DNA of 64,000 nucleotides from an uncultured Pseudobdellovibrionaceae bacterium (GCA_963803705.1 CAWDNU010000004.1:352001-416000), one strand, 5' to 3'; counted from the stretch's first letter, positions 9,599 to 19,074 are shown. Translations and numbers: made by a program. Notes: a model not told the origin generated them from the sequence alone.

Positions 9599-10390
9599 AT
9601 GAAAGCTCTATTTCAATATAAAAATTATAGAGAACTTATAAAGAGCTTAGCTCTGAACAACGGTCTAAAACTGAAAGACATGGCTGAAGCTACAGAATGT
9701 AGTCACTCGTATTTATCTCAGGTTTTAACTGCTGAAAAAGCGAATTTAAATAAGGATCAGGCATTTAAGCTTGCCCTTAAGTTTCGTTTAGACTCTAAAG
9801 AGACAGCATTTTTCTTATTGCTAGTAGATCTGGCTAATGCTGGAACCAATGAGCTTAAGGTTCATCTAGAAAAAGAACTTGAGGACTACTACGATAAGGG
9901 CCTAAGCCCCGAGCAGGCAACATTTGAAAATTTAGTTGAATACCAGCAAGATATAATAGCCGAATACTATTCAAATTATCTTATGATAGCAACTCACATA
10001 GCAACCGCTTGTGTGCAATTTCAAACCTTGGAATCTCTGTGCTTAAGATTTCGAACTTCGAAAACGGAAATGCAAGAAGTTTTGGGTTTTTTGTTAGAGA
10101 ACCAATTTGTGTTTAAAAAAAGCGAAAAGTTTATCTACCAAGGTTTTTCAACCCACCTCAAAAAAGAAAGCGCTGTGTACAAAAGCTACCACCATAGTCT
10201 GAGAGTTAATGCATTGCTAAAAAATCAAAAATACAATTACAACTATTCATCTTTGTTCGCGCTTGAAAAAAAAGACGCGCAAGAGATAAAATCCATGCTG
10301 TTCGAGCTTATTCAAAAGAAAGAAAAATTGACGAAACAGTCAGGATCTGAAGACGTTTACCTACTGTGTGTTGATTTTCTTTTAGCTTAA
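9599..10390 (+). CDS. TIGR02147/DUF4423-family HTH transcriptional regulator
   Basis: LFQYKNYRELI, HTH (DMAEATECSHSYLSQVL), EYYSNY...HI and the C-terminal VYLLCVDF. Divergent from the secreted-protein/lipoprotein operon. Confidence 0.85.
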   Translation: MKALFQYKNYRELIKSLALNNGLKLKDMAEATECSHSYLSQVLTAEKANLNKDQAFKLALKFRLDSKETAFFLLLVDLANAGTNELKVHLEKELEDYYDKGLSPEQATFENLVEYQQDIIAEYYSNYLMIATHIATACVQFQTLESLCLRFRTSKTEMQEVLGFLLENQFVFKKSEKFIYQGFSTHLKKESAVYKSYHHSLRVNALLKNQKYNYNYSSLFALEKKDAQEIKSMLFELIQKKEKLTKQSGSEDVYLLCVDFLLA

Positions 10391-10633
10391 CCTTTCAAAT
10401 ATTAATTATATAATTTTGATTGCAACTAACCTGGAATTTGAAACGTCTCTTTCAAAAAATAAGATATTTCAAGCTTTGAAGACCGATATTTAGGCAAATA
10501 TAGAAATTATTTCATAAATTGGGTTAAAAGTTGCAGTATAAAGCGGCTAATGGCACACCATGTTAAATAAGAAATTAATAAAAGGAAAAATCAAATAAGC
10601 CAATTTCAAAAGTTTCTCTTAATATTAATTAGC

Positions 10634-12166
10634 GTGTCCTTCTTCAATCAGTTTAAAGTTTCGGCACAGAATGAGAATCCTAATTTGGTAGAACGAAATT
10701 CTGTTTTGTCTGAACATCAGCTAAATGAAAAAGCTGAACTGTTTAATTTAGTTTTAAGTCAAAACACAACATCATACGAAAGAATTTCGGCTGTGACTGA
10801 ACTTTTAACCCATTTCAACGATTATTCAGTTCTAAATTCCAATAACTTTAGACCAGATCAATGGCTCTTGGTTGTAGCTGAAGTTTCAAGTTGGGCGGGT
10901 TCAGACTCAATATTAAAGCGCGAAATATTAAGCCAACTTAAGCAATTGTCCTATGAAGAAATAAGTTCGATGGACACGCGTCTAGTAGCTACCTATTTTA
11001 ATAAGTTTCCATTTAAAGATGTTAATCAGTATTTTTTAAAAGATAGTCCAAATTATCAAATAAACTTATTCAGACAAGCCCTAATGTCCAAAAACTTTGA
11101 GTTAGCGCTAGAGCTTTCAAAAGTTTATGGCTTCGATATTAACGCGCTATCTAGCAGGGTCACTAACATTGATTTAGGAACAAATAACGAATCAAATTTT
11201 ATGACAGCAGCAAGACTTGCTCCTTCAGAATTCATAGAGCAACTCATTTTAGACCACGAATCTACCATAGACTTCAATTATTTAAATGTTCAAGGCGAGC
11301 CCGCTTTGGTTTCTGTATCTCGAAATTTAAATCTTGAAAGAATTCAGTTTGTTCTAAGAAAAACGGCTAATAAAAATATAGGTCCTGATGTCTTATATCA
11401 TAGCCTTCGGTTTGCGATGTGGCATAATGTGAATGTTGATTTCAACGAGCTGGCATATCTTTTTTTGGGTTTGAACAAAGTAGACTACAATGCAAAAAAT
11501 AGAAATGGTGAAACTCTATTAATGCAGATAATTAGTGATCATCGAATGGTAAACTTGATTAATTTAGATTTAGTTAAGGCTTTTGTTTCAGTCCAAAAAA
11601 TTAATCTAAACTTAGCAGATGTGAATAGATGTAATGTTTTATGCATGGCTATTAAAGGTAAAAACATAGAAGTTATTGATTTTATACTAAATCATGAAGG
11701 CTTGGATGAAGACTCGAAAAAGCTTGAAACTTTCAACCTACCTAGGCAACGGTTTCAAGTTGATAATAATTTTCTTATTGATCTTATAAGGCTTGAAGGA
11801 ATTCGAACAGATAGTTTAAATGATTTCGAAAAATATCAGATCATTCGTAGTTTGGTTGAATACGGCTCTTCGGAAGACCTAAGGAGTATACTGGCATCTG
11901 ATAGTCGTCTAAACTTAGAAATTATTGATTCTGGTGATTCGATTTATAGTGGCTACAATTCAATTGTTAGAACAGCTCTACGAAGGAGCAACGCTGAAAT
12001 TATAGAAGTTTTATTTGAAAGGGAAGACTTGTTTGCAAGCCAACTAGACGGCAGTTTTATTCAAACTGATAATCAAGAAGTTGCCCAAATACTTATAGAT
12101 CAGGGCTATAAATCTATGTTTTTCGGCTATATTCGGGATTTAGATTTGAAACTTTCAGACAATTAA
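10634..12166 (+). CDS. Ankyrin-repeat protein, probably secreted
   Basis: Ank-like repeats (NVQGEPALV, NRNGETLLM, DVNRCNVLCMAIKGKNIEVIDFIL). A signal peptide appears if the frame is extended upstream to 10595. Confidence 0.75.
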   Translation: MSFFNQFKVSAQNENPNLVERNSVLSEHQLNEKAELFNLVLSQNTTSYERISAVTELLTHFNDYSVLNSNNFRPDQWLLVVAEVSSWAGSDSILKREILSQLKQLSYEEISSMDTRLVATYFNKFPFKDVNQYFLKDSPNYQINLFRQALMSKNFELALELSKVYGFDINALSSRVTNIDLGTNNESNFMTAARLAPSEFIEQLILDHESTIDFNYLNVQGEPALVSVSRNLNLERIQFVLRKTANKNIGPDVLYHSLRFAMWHNVNVDFNELAYLFLGLNKVDYNAKNRNGETLLMQIISDHRMVNLINLDLVKAFVSVQKINLNLADVNRCNVLCMAIKGKNIEVIDFILNHEGLDEDSKKLETFNLPRQRFQVDNNFLIDLIRLEGIRTDSLNDFEKYQIIRSLVEYGSSEDLRSILASDSRLNLEIIDSGDSIYSGYNSIVRTALRRSNAEIIEVLFEREDLFASQLDGSFIQTDNQEVAQILIDQGYKSMFFGYIRDLDLKLSDN

Positions 12167-12238
12167 CACCAAAGCGCTACTCTTTTCTGAAGCAATGCCT
12201 ACAGAAAAAGTAATAAATTGTTGGTATGACTATTAATT

Positions 12239-14170
12239 ATGATTAATTCTGTGAAATTTTTATTTGTTTTTCTTTTTGCAGTTCAAAATTTTGGCCATGC
12301 CAATGAGTGTAGTGATTTTCTACTAAATTCTAAAACACAAACAATTTTAGAAGCTACTAAGTCTAGACTTTTACTTCATCATCACAATAGAAATAGGGAT
12401 TATGTTTTTTCAGAATATCATTCTAATATTAAGCCAGAGTCTATCGCTTCGCAACGACAAGTTAATATCGATACCTTTTCTGAGGCTATCGATCTGAGAT
12501 ATACATTAGGTACTGACTTAGATATTGAGAAAGGTCCCTTATTTGGTCACACAATTCTACTTGATAAACCAACAAGAGAACTCAGATCAAGCTCTACTCG
12601 TTGGACAACAGGTTTATTAGAGCTTAGGAAAAAAAGACTAGCGTTAATAAGTAGAAATTACACAAGGCGATCCTGGGATGAAGACTTTGTCTCTAAAGTT
12701 ACAAAAAGTATAACTGATGACACTTACCGATCACAAAGTGTCATTGTCTTCGACAAACATGAATATGGCAGAACTCCAAATGTTCCGGCTAATAGTAAAG
12801 CCATCGGGTCTGTTCGATTAATATACGCTCCTTATATTCACCTTTTAGTTGATAACAAGGAAGTTTTATACCCTTTGCCATTCAAGAGAACAAAAGTACC
12901 TACCAAAATTCTAGAAAAGTTAGGTTTAGGAATTGAAAACAGCGAACTAACACAAGTAAAATCAAAAATTACCTGGGATGATTTAAATAATGCACAATTT
13001 GAGCTATTACCCGTAGAAGAGTTTTTTAATACTCAAATTAAAAGAGAACGCTTAAACCCCTTCACTTTTCAAATACAAATTGATGGCGTTATGTACCAAG
13101 CTAGTCTTAGTTATATAACTGAGGTGAGTAGCTTTTCCATTGAAAGAAACCTACCAGAAGATGAAAGAAATATGGTTTTAGCTGAATTATTATATGGGCT
13201 AAATAGGCTAATGCTAAGCGATCCTTTGTTTTGGGGCTATGAAAATGACTTTAACTACAGCGGGTATTACAACACGCCCCAGTCACAACTATTTTATCAG
13301 CCTAATATTACTCAGTTTTTTGCCTATAGCGACCGCGCAGGTAGATTAATGTATAATCGCATGGGATTTAAAAGTACTAAAACAAGTAGAACTCTTAATG
13401 AAGAAGTTTGGCAAATGCAAGAATCTGACGGTCAGTTTATATCGCATATTTTAAGATTACGTGGGGGATATACACCTTCACTATTGAGCCGAATATTTAA
13501 AACATATGAAGAAGATGCTTCAGTACACTTAAAGTATGGAATGATCTATGATTTTATAATTAGATATGCCCGTCAGCATGGTCTAGAAATTACAGCAGAA
13601 GAATTAGATTTAATTAATTCTGATTATTTTAAAATAAAATTAAACAGCTCAAATCAATCAAATATAGAGGAATTGAAGATTAAAATAGCCGCCTTAGACA
13701 ATATTTTATCATCTGATAACCTAATTGACCTTACCGGCACTAAACTGTTTGAAGAGGATCAGCAATGGGTAGAGGAAGAGGACTTAGATAACGAAAACAT
13801 ATTAGAGGGCAATGAAAACAATGACCAACAACCGATGGAAATCAGCGAACCTGAAAGGAAACTCATAGTCCAAAATACTATAAAATTACTAAAGGAAGTA
13901 GTTGTTGGCTTCGAGCGAAATATTCCAAAAATTTTAGATAACTTAGAGACTACTGCTATCAGCGAACAAAAATTAAAGAAAGAGCTTATAAAAAGCCAAA
14001 AATTATATGACAACCTATCAAGACTAATGTTTGTTTTGAAGCGTTTTTCAACTCAAACTAATAAAGATATATCAAGTATTGAACCGAATCTATATAACGA
14101 AATTAAAGAATGGATGAATATTTTAGAAACCTTAATATTGTCTTTAGAAACCAAAATAGAAAAAAATTGA
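12239..14170 (+). CDS. Secreted protein with a GNAT/acyl-synthase-like central domain and an acidic/coiled-coil C-terminus
   Basis: Signal peptide. IGSVRLI...LPVEEFF...ITEVSSFSI...RLMYNRMGF pattern recalls FeeM/LuxI-like GNAT folds. Confidence 0.6.
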   Translation: MINSVKFLFVFLFAVQNFGHANECSDFLLNSKTQTILEATKSRLLLHHHNRNRDYVFSEYHSNIKPESIASQRQVNIDTFSEAIDLRYTLGTDLDIEKGPLFGHTILLDKPTRELRSSSTRWTTGLLELRKKRLALISRNYTRRSWDEDFVSKVTKSITDDTYRSQSVIVFDKHEYGRTPNVPANSKAIGSVRLIYAPYIHLLVDNKEVLYPLPFKRTKVPTKILEKLGLGIENSELTQVKSKITWDDLNNAQFELLPVEEFFNTQIKRERLNPFTFQIQIDGVMYQASLSYITEVSSFSIERNLPEDERNMVLAELLYGLNRLMLSDPLFWGYENDFNYSGYYNTPQSQLFYQPNITQFFAYSDRAGRLMYNRMGFKSTKTSRTLNEEVWQMQESDGQFISHILRLRGGYTPSLLSRIFKTYEEDASVHLKYGMIYDFIIRYARQHGLEITAEELDLINSDYFKIKLNSSNQSNIEELKIKIAALDNILSSDNLIDLTGTKLFEEDQQWVEEEDLDNENILEGNENNDQQPMEISEPERKLIVQNTIKLLKEVVVGFERNIPKILDNLETTAISEQKLKKELIKSQKLYDNLSRLMFVLKRFSTQTNKDISSIEPNLYNEIKEWMNILETLILSLETKIEKN

Positions 14171-14203
14171 CCAATAAGAATTAAAAGCTAAGAAACAAAC
14201 GAA

Positions 14204-14227
14204 CTTCAGGGGCTTTTAGCCCCGAGG
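14204..14227. terminator. Hairpin between convergent genes (likely bidirectional terminator)
   Basis: GGGGCT-TTT-AGCCCC stem between the stops at 14170 and 14244. Confidence 0.6.
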
Positions 14228-14243
14228 CTATTATTTTATATTT

Positions 14244-14660
14244 TTATTTAATTTTACAAGGCACTGTAATACTTCCAGCACTTGGTTGATCTGTATCTGA
14301 AGATTGAATATTTTCGCCTAATGCAACAGTCGAAAAAGTTGAAGAATAATTTCCATCAATATCTTTAGTTATAGAAAAAGCAGTTATACTGTGAGACTTA
14401 AGTTCATCATCCTCTAAAATATTTTCAAATAAAACAGATATTTGATTTGAGTATTTTATGACTTTATAATTTGTATCACTATCTAAGTCTGTCCATTTAT
14501 TTACCTTAAAGTCAAAAACATCACCATCGAGCTCAATATTATTACTAGTGACAATAATTTCAAATGGTTCACCATCATCACAAACGTAAGTATTTGGTTG
14601 CAGTTCCGCATTGGCAAAACAAGTGTAGGTTAATAACATCGAAAATATTATTTTTTTCAT
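14244..14660 (-). CDS. Secreted hypothetical protein
   Basis: GGAG RBS, signal peptide ending ANA, and a Cys pair. Confidence 0.75.
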   Translation of the reverse strand: MKKIIFSMLLTYTCFANAELQPNTYVCDDGEPFEIIVTSNNIELDGDVFDFKVNKWTDLDSDTNYKVIKYSNQISVLFENILEDDELKSHSITAFSITKDIDGNYSSTFSTVALGENIQSSDTDQPSAGSITVPCKIK

Positions 14661-14907
14661 TTAAGACTCTCCCCTTAGTTACTTCATTATTGAAGTGACT
14701 AAATTCTTACTATAATCATTTTGATAAGATTAGTGGAATTACAAAATAGTTTTAATTACATATTTAACTCATTGATATAACAGGCAAAGTACCATTTTAT
14801 GGTCCTCAATCCTACTGCAATATCAACTTAGCTAATACACAAAAATCAATCTTAATACGCTTTGCCATAAGTATGATTATGGTGATTTAAGTGCTTAATT
14901 CTCAAAT

Positions 14908-15555
14908 ATGAACAACAAAACTTTAAAACACTTTGATTTTATAATTTTCCAAGAAGCAGACATTTCAACTGCTAAAACACCCCCAGGTCAAAAAAAGGCT
15001 TTGGAAATTTTAGAAGCAGTAGCATTGTTCTTTTCTAAAAATGGTTTTGAGTTTAAAAATTTATCCCAAATTGCTAGAGAGACGGGTATAAATAGATCAA
15101 CGCTACTTAACTACTATCATTCACTGGACGACCTAAAACTAAGCTGTATAAAATACTCAAGGTTAAGTTACCAAAAATATGTAACCAATGATCTAAATTC
15201 AATTACTGATCCAATACAACGACTTGACTCATACTTTAAAAAAGTTTTCGAGTGGCCAATTTTAAATCCAACATTAGCAAGATTATGGGTTTATTTTTTG
15301 TACAAAACTACCACCGATCAAACTTATAATAACCTTAATACAGATGCAGTTAAGGTTGGCAGAAATAGATTAAGTTTTTTAATTCAAACAGTGAGAAAAG
15401 ATCTAAATGAAGTTAGTGTTCAAGATTTAAGCCTACAAATTCATACAATAATCACTGGGCACCTATGGACAGAGCAAACCACTCATCAAAAATTTTCGAC
15501 TGCTGATAGGAACAAAATTATTAAATTTTGTAAGAGTATAATTTCATGCAATTGA
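14908..15555 (+). CDS. TetR/AcrR-family regulator
   Basis: ILEAVALFFSKNGFEFKNLSQIARETGINRSTLLNYYHSLDDL HTH. Confidence 0.85.
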   Translation: MNNKTLKHFDFIIFQEADISTAKTPPGQKKALEILEAVALFFSKNGFEFKNLSQIARETGINRSTLLNYYHSLDDLKLSCIKYSRLSYQKYVTNDLNSITDPIQRLDSYFKKVFEWPILNPTLARLWVYFLYKTTTDQTYNNLNTDAVKVGRNRLSFLIQTVRKDLNEVSVQDLSLQIHTIITGHLWTEQTTHQKFSTADRNKIIKFCKSIISCN

Positions 15556-15815
15556 CACTTCATAACTATTTACTGAAACGATTTAAAGAGAGTGTAAAAA
15601 ATTTTGTGTATGGGCAGATATCGCCGCTTCTTGTACCAATTAGTTATCAAGTTAAGAAAATGAGCGCAATGAATTTTTAGCGTCGTGGCAAAATTTCAAA
15701 TTTAGATCAACTCAGTTCCAAGAGCTTTGGACAAATTTGTGCCTTATGGCTGGAATTAAAAGACACAATAGAACGATGAAACCTCAGACCAAAACCAAGG
15801 GTTATAGGTATAAAT

Positions 15816-17125
15816 TGCTAGAGGATCATAGTGCGTTTACATCACTAAGGTCTGGGTAGGACTAAAAAGACAGGGACTCTCTCAGTTAGAATTAAGTTGT
15901 GAAACAAAAATTTTAACAAAGGAGAAGAGTCCCATGACTCAACAACAATATATAATAAACAGAAAACTAAATATACTAGATCTTGGAGAAAAGTTAGGAA
16001 ACATCTCTCAGGCATGTAGAAGACTTGGCGTAAGCCGCCAACATTACTACGATATCAAAGACGCAGTGATGGAGAATGGTGTGGATGGATTAATTGAAAA
16101 GTCTAGGTCGAGAGCACGAGTTGCAAACCGAGTGTCAGAAATTTATGAAAAAGCAGTTCTAGATTACTCTTTAGAGTGGCCGACTCATGGTCAAACACGA
16201 GCAGCAAATGAACTTAAAAGAAAAGGTGTGAACATCAGCTCTGGTGGCATCAGAAGTATTTGGTTAAGACACAAGCTTGAGAAAAAGCACTTGAGGTTGA
16301 AACGCCTAGAAGAACACTCTGCAAAGGCAGGAATTGTTTTAACAGAGAGTCAGGTGCAAGCCTTAGAAGATACTAAAGAAGAAAAACAAGCCCACGGCGA
16401 AGTTGAAACCTTCCACCCTGGTTACCTGCTTGGACAAGACACTTTTTATGTAGGCTACATTAAAGGCGTTGGAAAGATTTATCAGCAGACGATGATTGAT
16501 ACGTTTTCAAATGTTGGATTTGCTAAATTGTATTTAGACAAGACATCACTGTCAGCAGCAGACGCTTTGAATGATAAGGTGCTTCCATTTTTTGATGATG
16601 AGCATATGAAAGTGCTTCGAGTGCTGACTGATAATGGCCGTAAATACTGTGGTCCACAGGATCAGCACAAGTACACATTGTTTTTACATTTGAACGATAT
16701 TGAGCACTCAAGAACGAAAGTCAGATGCCCACAAACTAATGGTTGCGTGGAGAAACTAAATCAAACAATTTATGAAGAGTTTTATAAAATTGCATTTAGA
16801 AAAAAGTTGTACTCATCACTTGAAACACTCCAAGAAGATCTGGATGTGTTTATGAACTACTACAATAAGGACCGTACAAACCAAGGAAAGCACTGCGAGG
16901 GCAAAACACCCTATGAAACCTTGGAGCAGGGCTACGCACTCTATGAGCGCTATGTGATGGACGGAGAACCGCTTCCAGGAAAAGAAAAAGAGGCTGACGC
17001 CTCTTCGTCTTCGACACCTCTTTCAAATTTACAAAAAGAAAATACGGGGGTGACGACTACTGATAAAATGAATTAAAAATTGCTAACTGAGAGAGCAACT
17101 GTCAACGCTTTTAGTGACTACTGCA
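15816..17125 (+). mobile_element. IS481-family insertion sequence, 1310 bp
   Basis: Ends TGC...GCA. The imperfect TIRs match in register at positions 1-3 and 18-26 (GCGTT[T/G]ACA). Flanked by the direct repeat TATAAAT at 15809-15815 and 17126-17132. Confidence 0.85.
15934..17076 (+). CDS. IS481-family DDE transposase
   Basis: HTH (GNISQACRRLGVSRQHYY), GQDTFYVG, VLTDNG, PQTNGCVEKLN, YYNKDRTNQG. Confidence 0.95.
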   Translation: MTQQQYIINRKLNILDLGEKLGNISQACRRLGVSRQHYYDIKDAVMENGVDGLIEKSRSRARVANRVSEIYEKAVLDYSLEWPTHGQTRAANELKRKGVNISSGGIRSIWLRHKLEKKHLRLKRLEEHSAKAGIVLTESQVQALEDTKEEKQAHGEVETFHPGYLLGQDTFYVGYIKGVGKIYQQTMIDTFSNVGFAKLYLDKTSLSAADALNDKVLPFFDDEHMKVLRVLTDNGRKYCGPQDQHKYTLFLHLNDIEHSRTKVRCPQTNGCVEKLNQTIYEEFYKIAFRKKLYSSLETLQEDLDVFMNYYNKDRTNQGKHCEGKTPYETLEQGYALYERYVMDGEPLPGKEKEADASSSSTPLSNLQKENTGVTTTDKMN

Positions 17126-17138
17126 TATAAATTAAATT

Positions 17139-17161
17139 GAGCCTTACCTTTAGTAAGGCTC
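17139..17161. terminator. Intrinsic terminator-like hairpin
   Basis: GAGCCTTAC-CTTTA-GTAAGGCTC, 15 bp past the stop of 17176..17484. Confidence 0.65.
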
Positions 17162-17175
17162 TTAAAGAATAAATT

Positions 17176-17484
17176 TTAAAAGGGCAGAGGTCTGTTAATT
17201 AACCTATAACCTACAGTAAGGCCATATTTGTCATATGCGGATTCTTGATATGTCATAGTTTCAATATGTTGTTCTTCATTATCTTTTCTGCAAACGACTA
17301 TAAATGAATATTCACCATCAGCGTATCCTGGCTGACCTGGTCCCGGCTGACCAGCGTCTATACAGCTATCATACTCTCTTAACAGTTGAACCATCAACTC
17401 GGCCTTAGTTCCAGAAAATGTAACGGGGCCAGCGTATACTAAATTACTTAATAAAAAGACTGCCAACACTGATAATTTCTTCAT
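17176..17484 (-). CDS. Small secreted hypothetical protein
   Basis: AAGGAG RBS, signal peptide ending VYA, two Cys, GQPGPGQPG. Confidence 0.75.
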   Translation of the reverse strand: MKKLSVLAVFLLSNLVYAGPVTFSGTKAELMVQLLREYDSCIDAGQPGPGQPGYADGEYSFIVVCRKDNEEQHIETMTYQESAYDKYGLTVGYRLINRPLPF

Positions 17485-17686
17485 TTTTAATTCTCCTTTT
17501 TAAAATGTTCAACTTTCATAAGCAAATAATATGCTCACTTAAGTAATGCCAAGAATGAATATATTGATGCCTGAGCACATTAGAACTGTCTAAAATCCAA
17601 AATTCAGAGCCGTGAAATGTCATTTTAATGCGATAGAATTCCGACCAAAATGAAGCGAAGGAACGAAGTCCCATGTGAATGCTTAT

Positions 17687-18130
17687 CTAGTTGGTAATTG
17701 ATGAATAGTCCAAAACACCAACTTGATGGATCATCTTCCATTCTTTTGAATCCAGCAAAGAGTACGTTTTACATGTCCTGCCCAGCCAATTCATATCTTC
17801 ACCCGTGTTTTTATTTTTCCAAAGAGTATCTATATCAACAACCGCAAAGGCTCCATCTTGCTCTTTGGTCAATTCAATCTTCAAAGTCTCTCGCTTATTG
17901 TGAATAAGTTCGAAAGAATCAAATAAATTTTCATAAACTTTTGTCCACCTAACTTCATTAAACTTTCCCTGAGGGCATTCCCACATTAAAGGGTCATGGC
18001 ATTGAGATCCCTTCGGCCAAACCCACACCATGTCTGTATGAAAAATAGATAGAAGATTAGCAATGTTTTTTTCATTCCAAGCCGATGTCTCTCGATTGAT
18101 AATTTCATTAATTTGGTTTTGTTTTGACAA
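17687..18130 (-). CDS. SnoaL/NTF2-like fold protein
   Basis: ETSAWN...LLSIFHTDMVWVWP...GAFAVVDIDTLW...WKMIHQVGVL. Confidence 0.8.
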   Translation of the reverse strand: MSKQNQINEIINRETSAWNEKNIANLLSIFHTDMVWVWPKGSQCHDPLMWECPQGKFNEVRWTKVYENLFDSFELIHNKRETLKIELTKEQDGAFAVVDIDTLWKNKNTGEDMNWLGRTCKTYSLLDSKEWKMIHQVGVLDYSSITN

Positions 18131-18230
18131 CTTATTCTCCCGGCACTAAAAACATGATAAATTTAACGAAAGAACATGAGTTGGTCCAGGTTAAAGTATA
18201 TTGCATATAGCTCCCATCTCTCCTTAAGCA

Positions 18231-18416
18231 TCATCTGATCAAATTCCCACCAAACTGCTCCTTAATATCCTTAGCCAACTGTTCCTCTTGGGTTAGTTTT
18301 CTAAGTCTTAAATTTCCATCCTCAAGGTTTAAATGGCAGTAGAGTGTGGCCTCTCTTTGGCTTGAAGCCAATGAAATATTAAACTTTCTTCTTCCACAGT
18401 TAGCTGTAAACTCGAA
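18231..18416 (-). pseudogene. C-terminal remnant paralogous to the 253..1131 protein
   Basis: My translation FEFTANCGRRKFNISLASSQREATLYCHLNLEDGNLRLRKLTQEEQLAKDIKEQFGGNLIR* aligns without gaps with ...FKAVCGRRTFEFKLANNEMYSTLYQKFENTDGQYKLKPLTEKEQLAKDIKEEFGGSLIE*. It has no start codon and an in-frame TAG directly upstream. Confidence 0.9.
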
Positions 18417-18461
18417 CTAACTTTAAGTTCTAGTTAAATAGATTCAAAACAGTAAATCCTG

Positions 18462-18773
18462 TTAAGAAACATCTTTTAAAGTCAATTCAGAGCCTGGATA
18501 AAGCTTTGAATAGTACTCAACCAGCCTATCAATTGTGAACAAGCTGATTTTACATTTTAAGACCTCATTTAACCTTGGTTGCGGAATGCCAATTTTTTCA
18601 GCTAAACTAGATTGAGTTAAGTCGTTATCTTGCATATAGGCTATAAAGAGTTGGCAAAGTTGATATTTGATTTTATTTGACTGGCTTGCATCTTTTGATA
18701 TTACGAAATCTGCATCTAATTGCTCTGCAAGATCTCGAATCTTTTTAAGCTCTTTTTTATCGGGAAAGGCCAT
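18462..18773 (-). CDS. XRE-family HTH protein (HigA-like antitoxin)
   Basis: LTQSSLAEKIGIPQPRLNEVLKCKISLFTIDRL HTH. AGGAG RBS. Confidence 0.85.
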   Translation of the reverse strand: MAFPDKKELKKIRDLAEQLDADFVISKDASQSNKIKYQLCQLFIAYMQDNDLTQSSLAEKIGIPQPRLNEVLKCKISLFTIDRLVEYYSKLYPGSELTLKDVS

Positions 18774-18774
18774 A

Positions 18775-19071
18775 TTATTTACTCCTTTTATCTATTCTAT
18801 AAACATTAACTACACCCACGTAGACTTTGTCTTGTTCTAAGATCCAGATTGGGCGGTAGAGTTTGTCTTTGAGTTCAAATTCAGACTTAAAATACTCATA
18901 AGAATCAGATTTTTGACCTGCAAATCTTTTCTCATCTAACAATTTAACAAGTTCGATAATAAGGCCGTCGATTATGTCAGAGTGCTTTTGTTTGTAATGG
19001 TCATCAATAATAACTTCCGTGATCTTTTAATTATTAACTGTAATTTTAAATTTAAAAAATTTAGTCGCTTT
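18775..19071 (-). pseudogene. Inactivated putative toxin gene upstream of the HTH antitoxin
   Basis: The frame reads KATKFFKFKITVNN*KITEVIIDDHYKQKHSD...LYRPIWILEQDKVYVGVVNVYRIDKRSK*. It has an internal TAA at 19027-19029, no start codon, and ends 1 bp before the antitoxin ATG. Confidence 0.65.
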
Positions 19072-19074
19072 TTA

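Noticed and set aside
17641..17690. attC-like text (GGGACTTCGTTCCTTCGCTTC on the minus strand) after the SnoaL gene
   Set aside because: I could not find the complementary arm or a GTTRRRY core, and no integron integrase is present.
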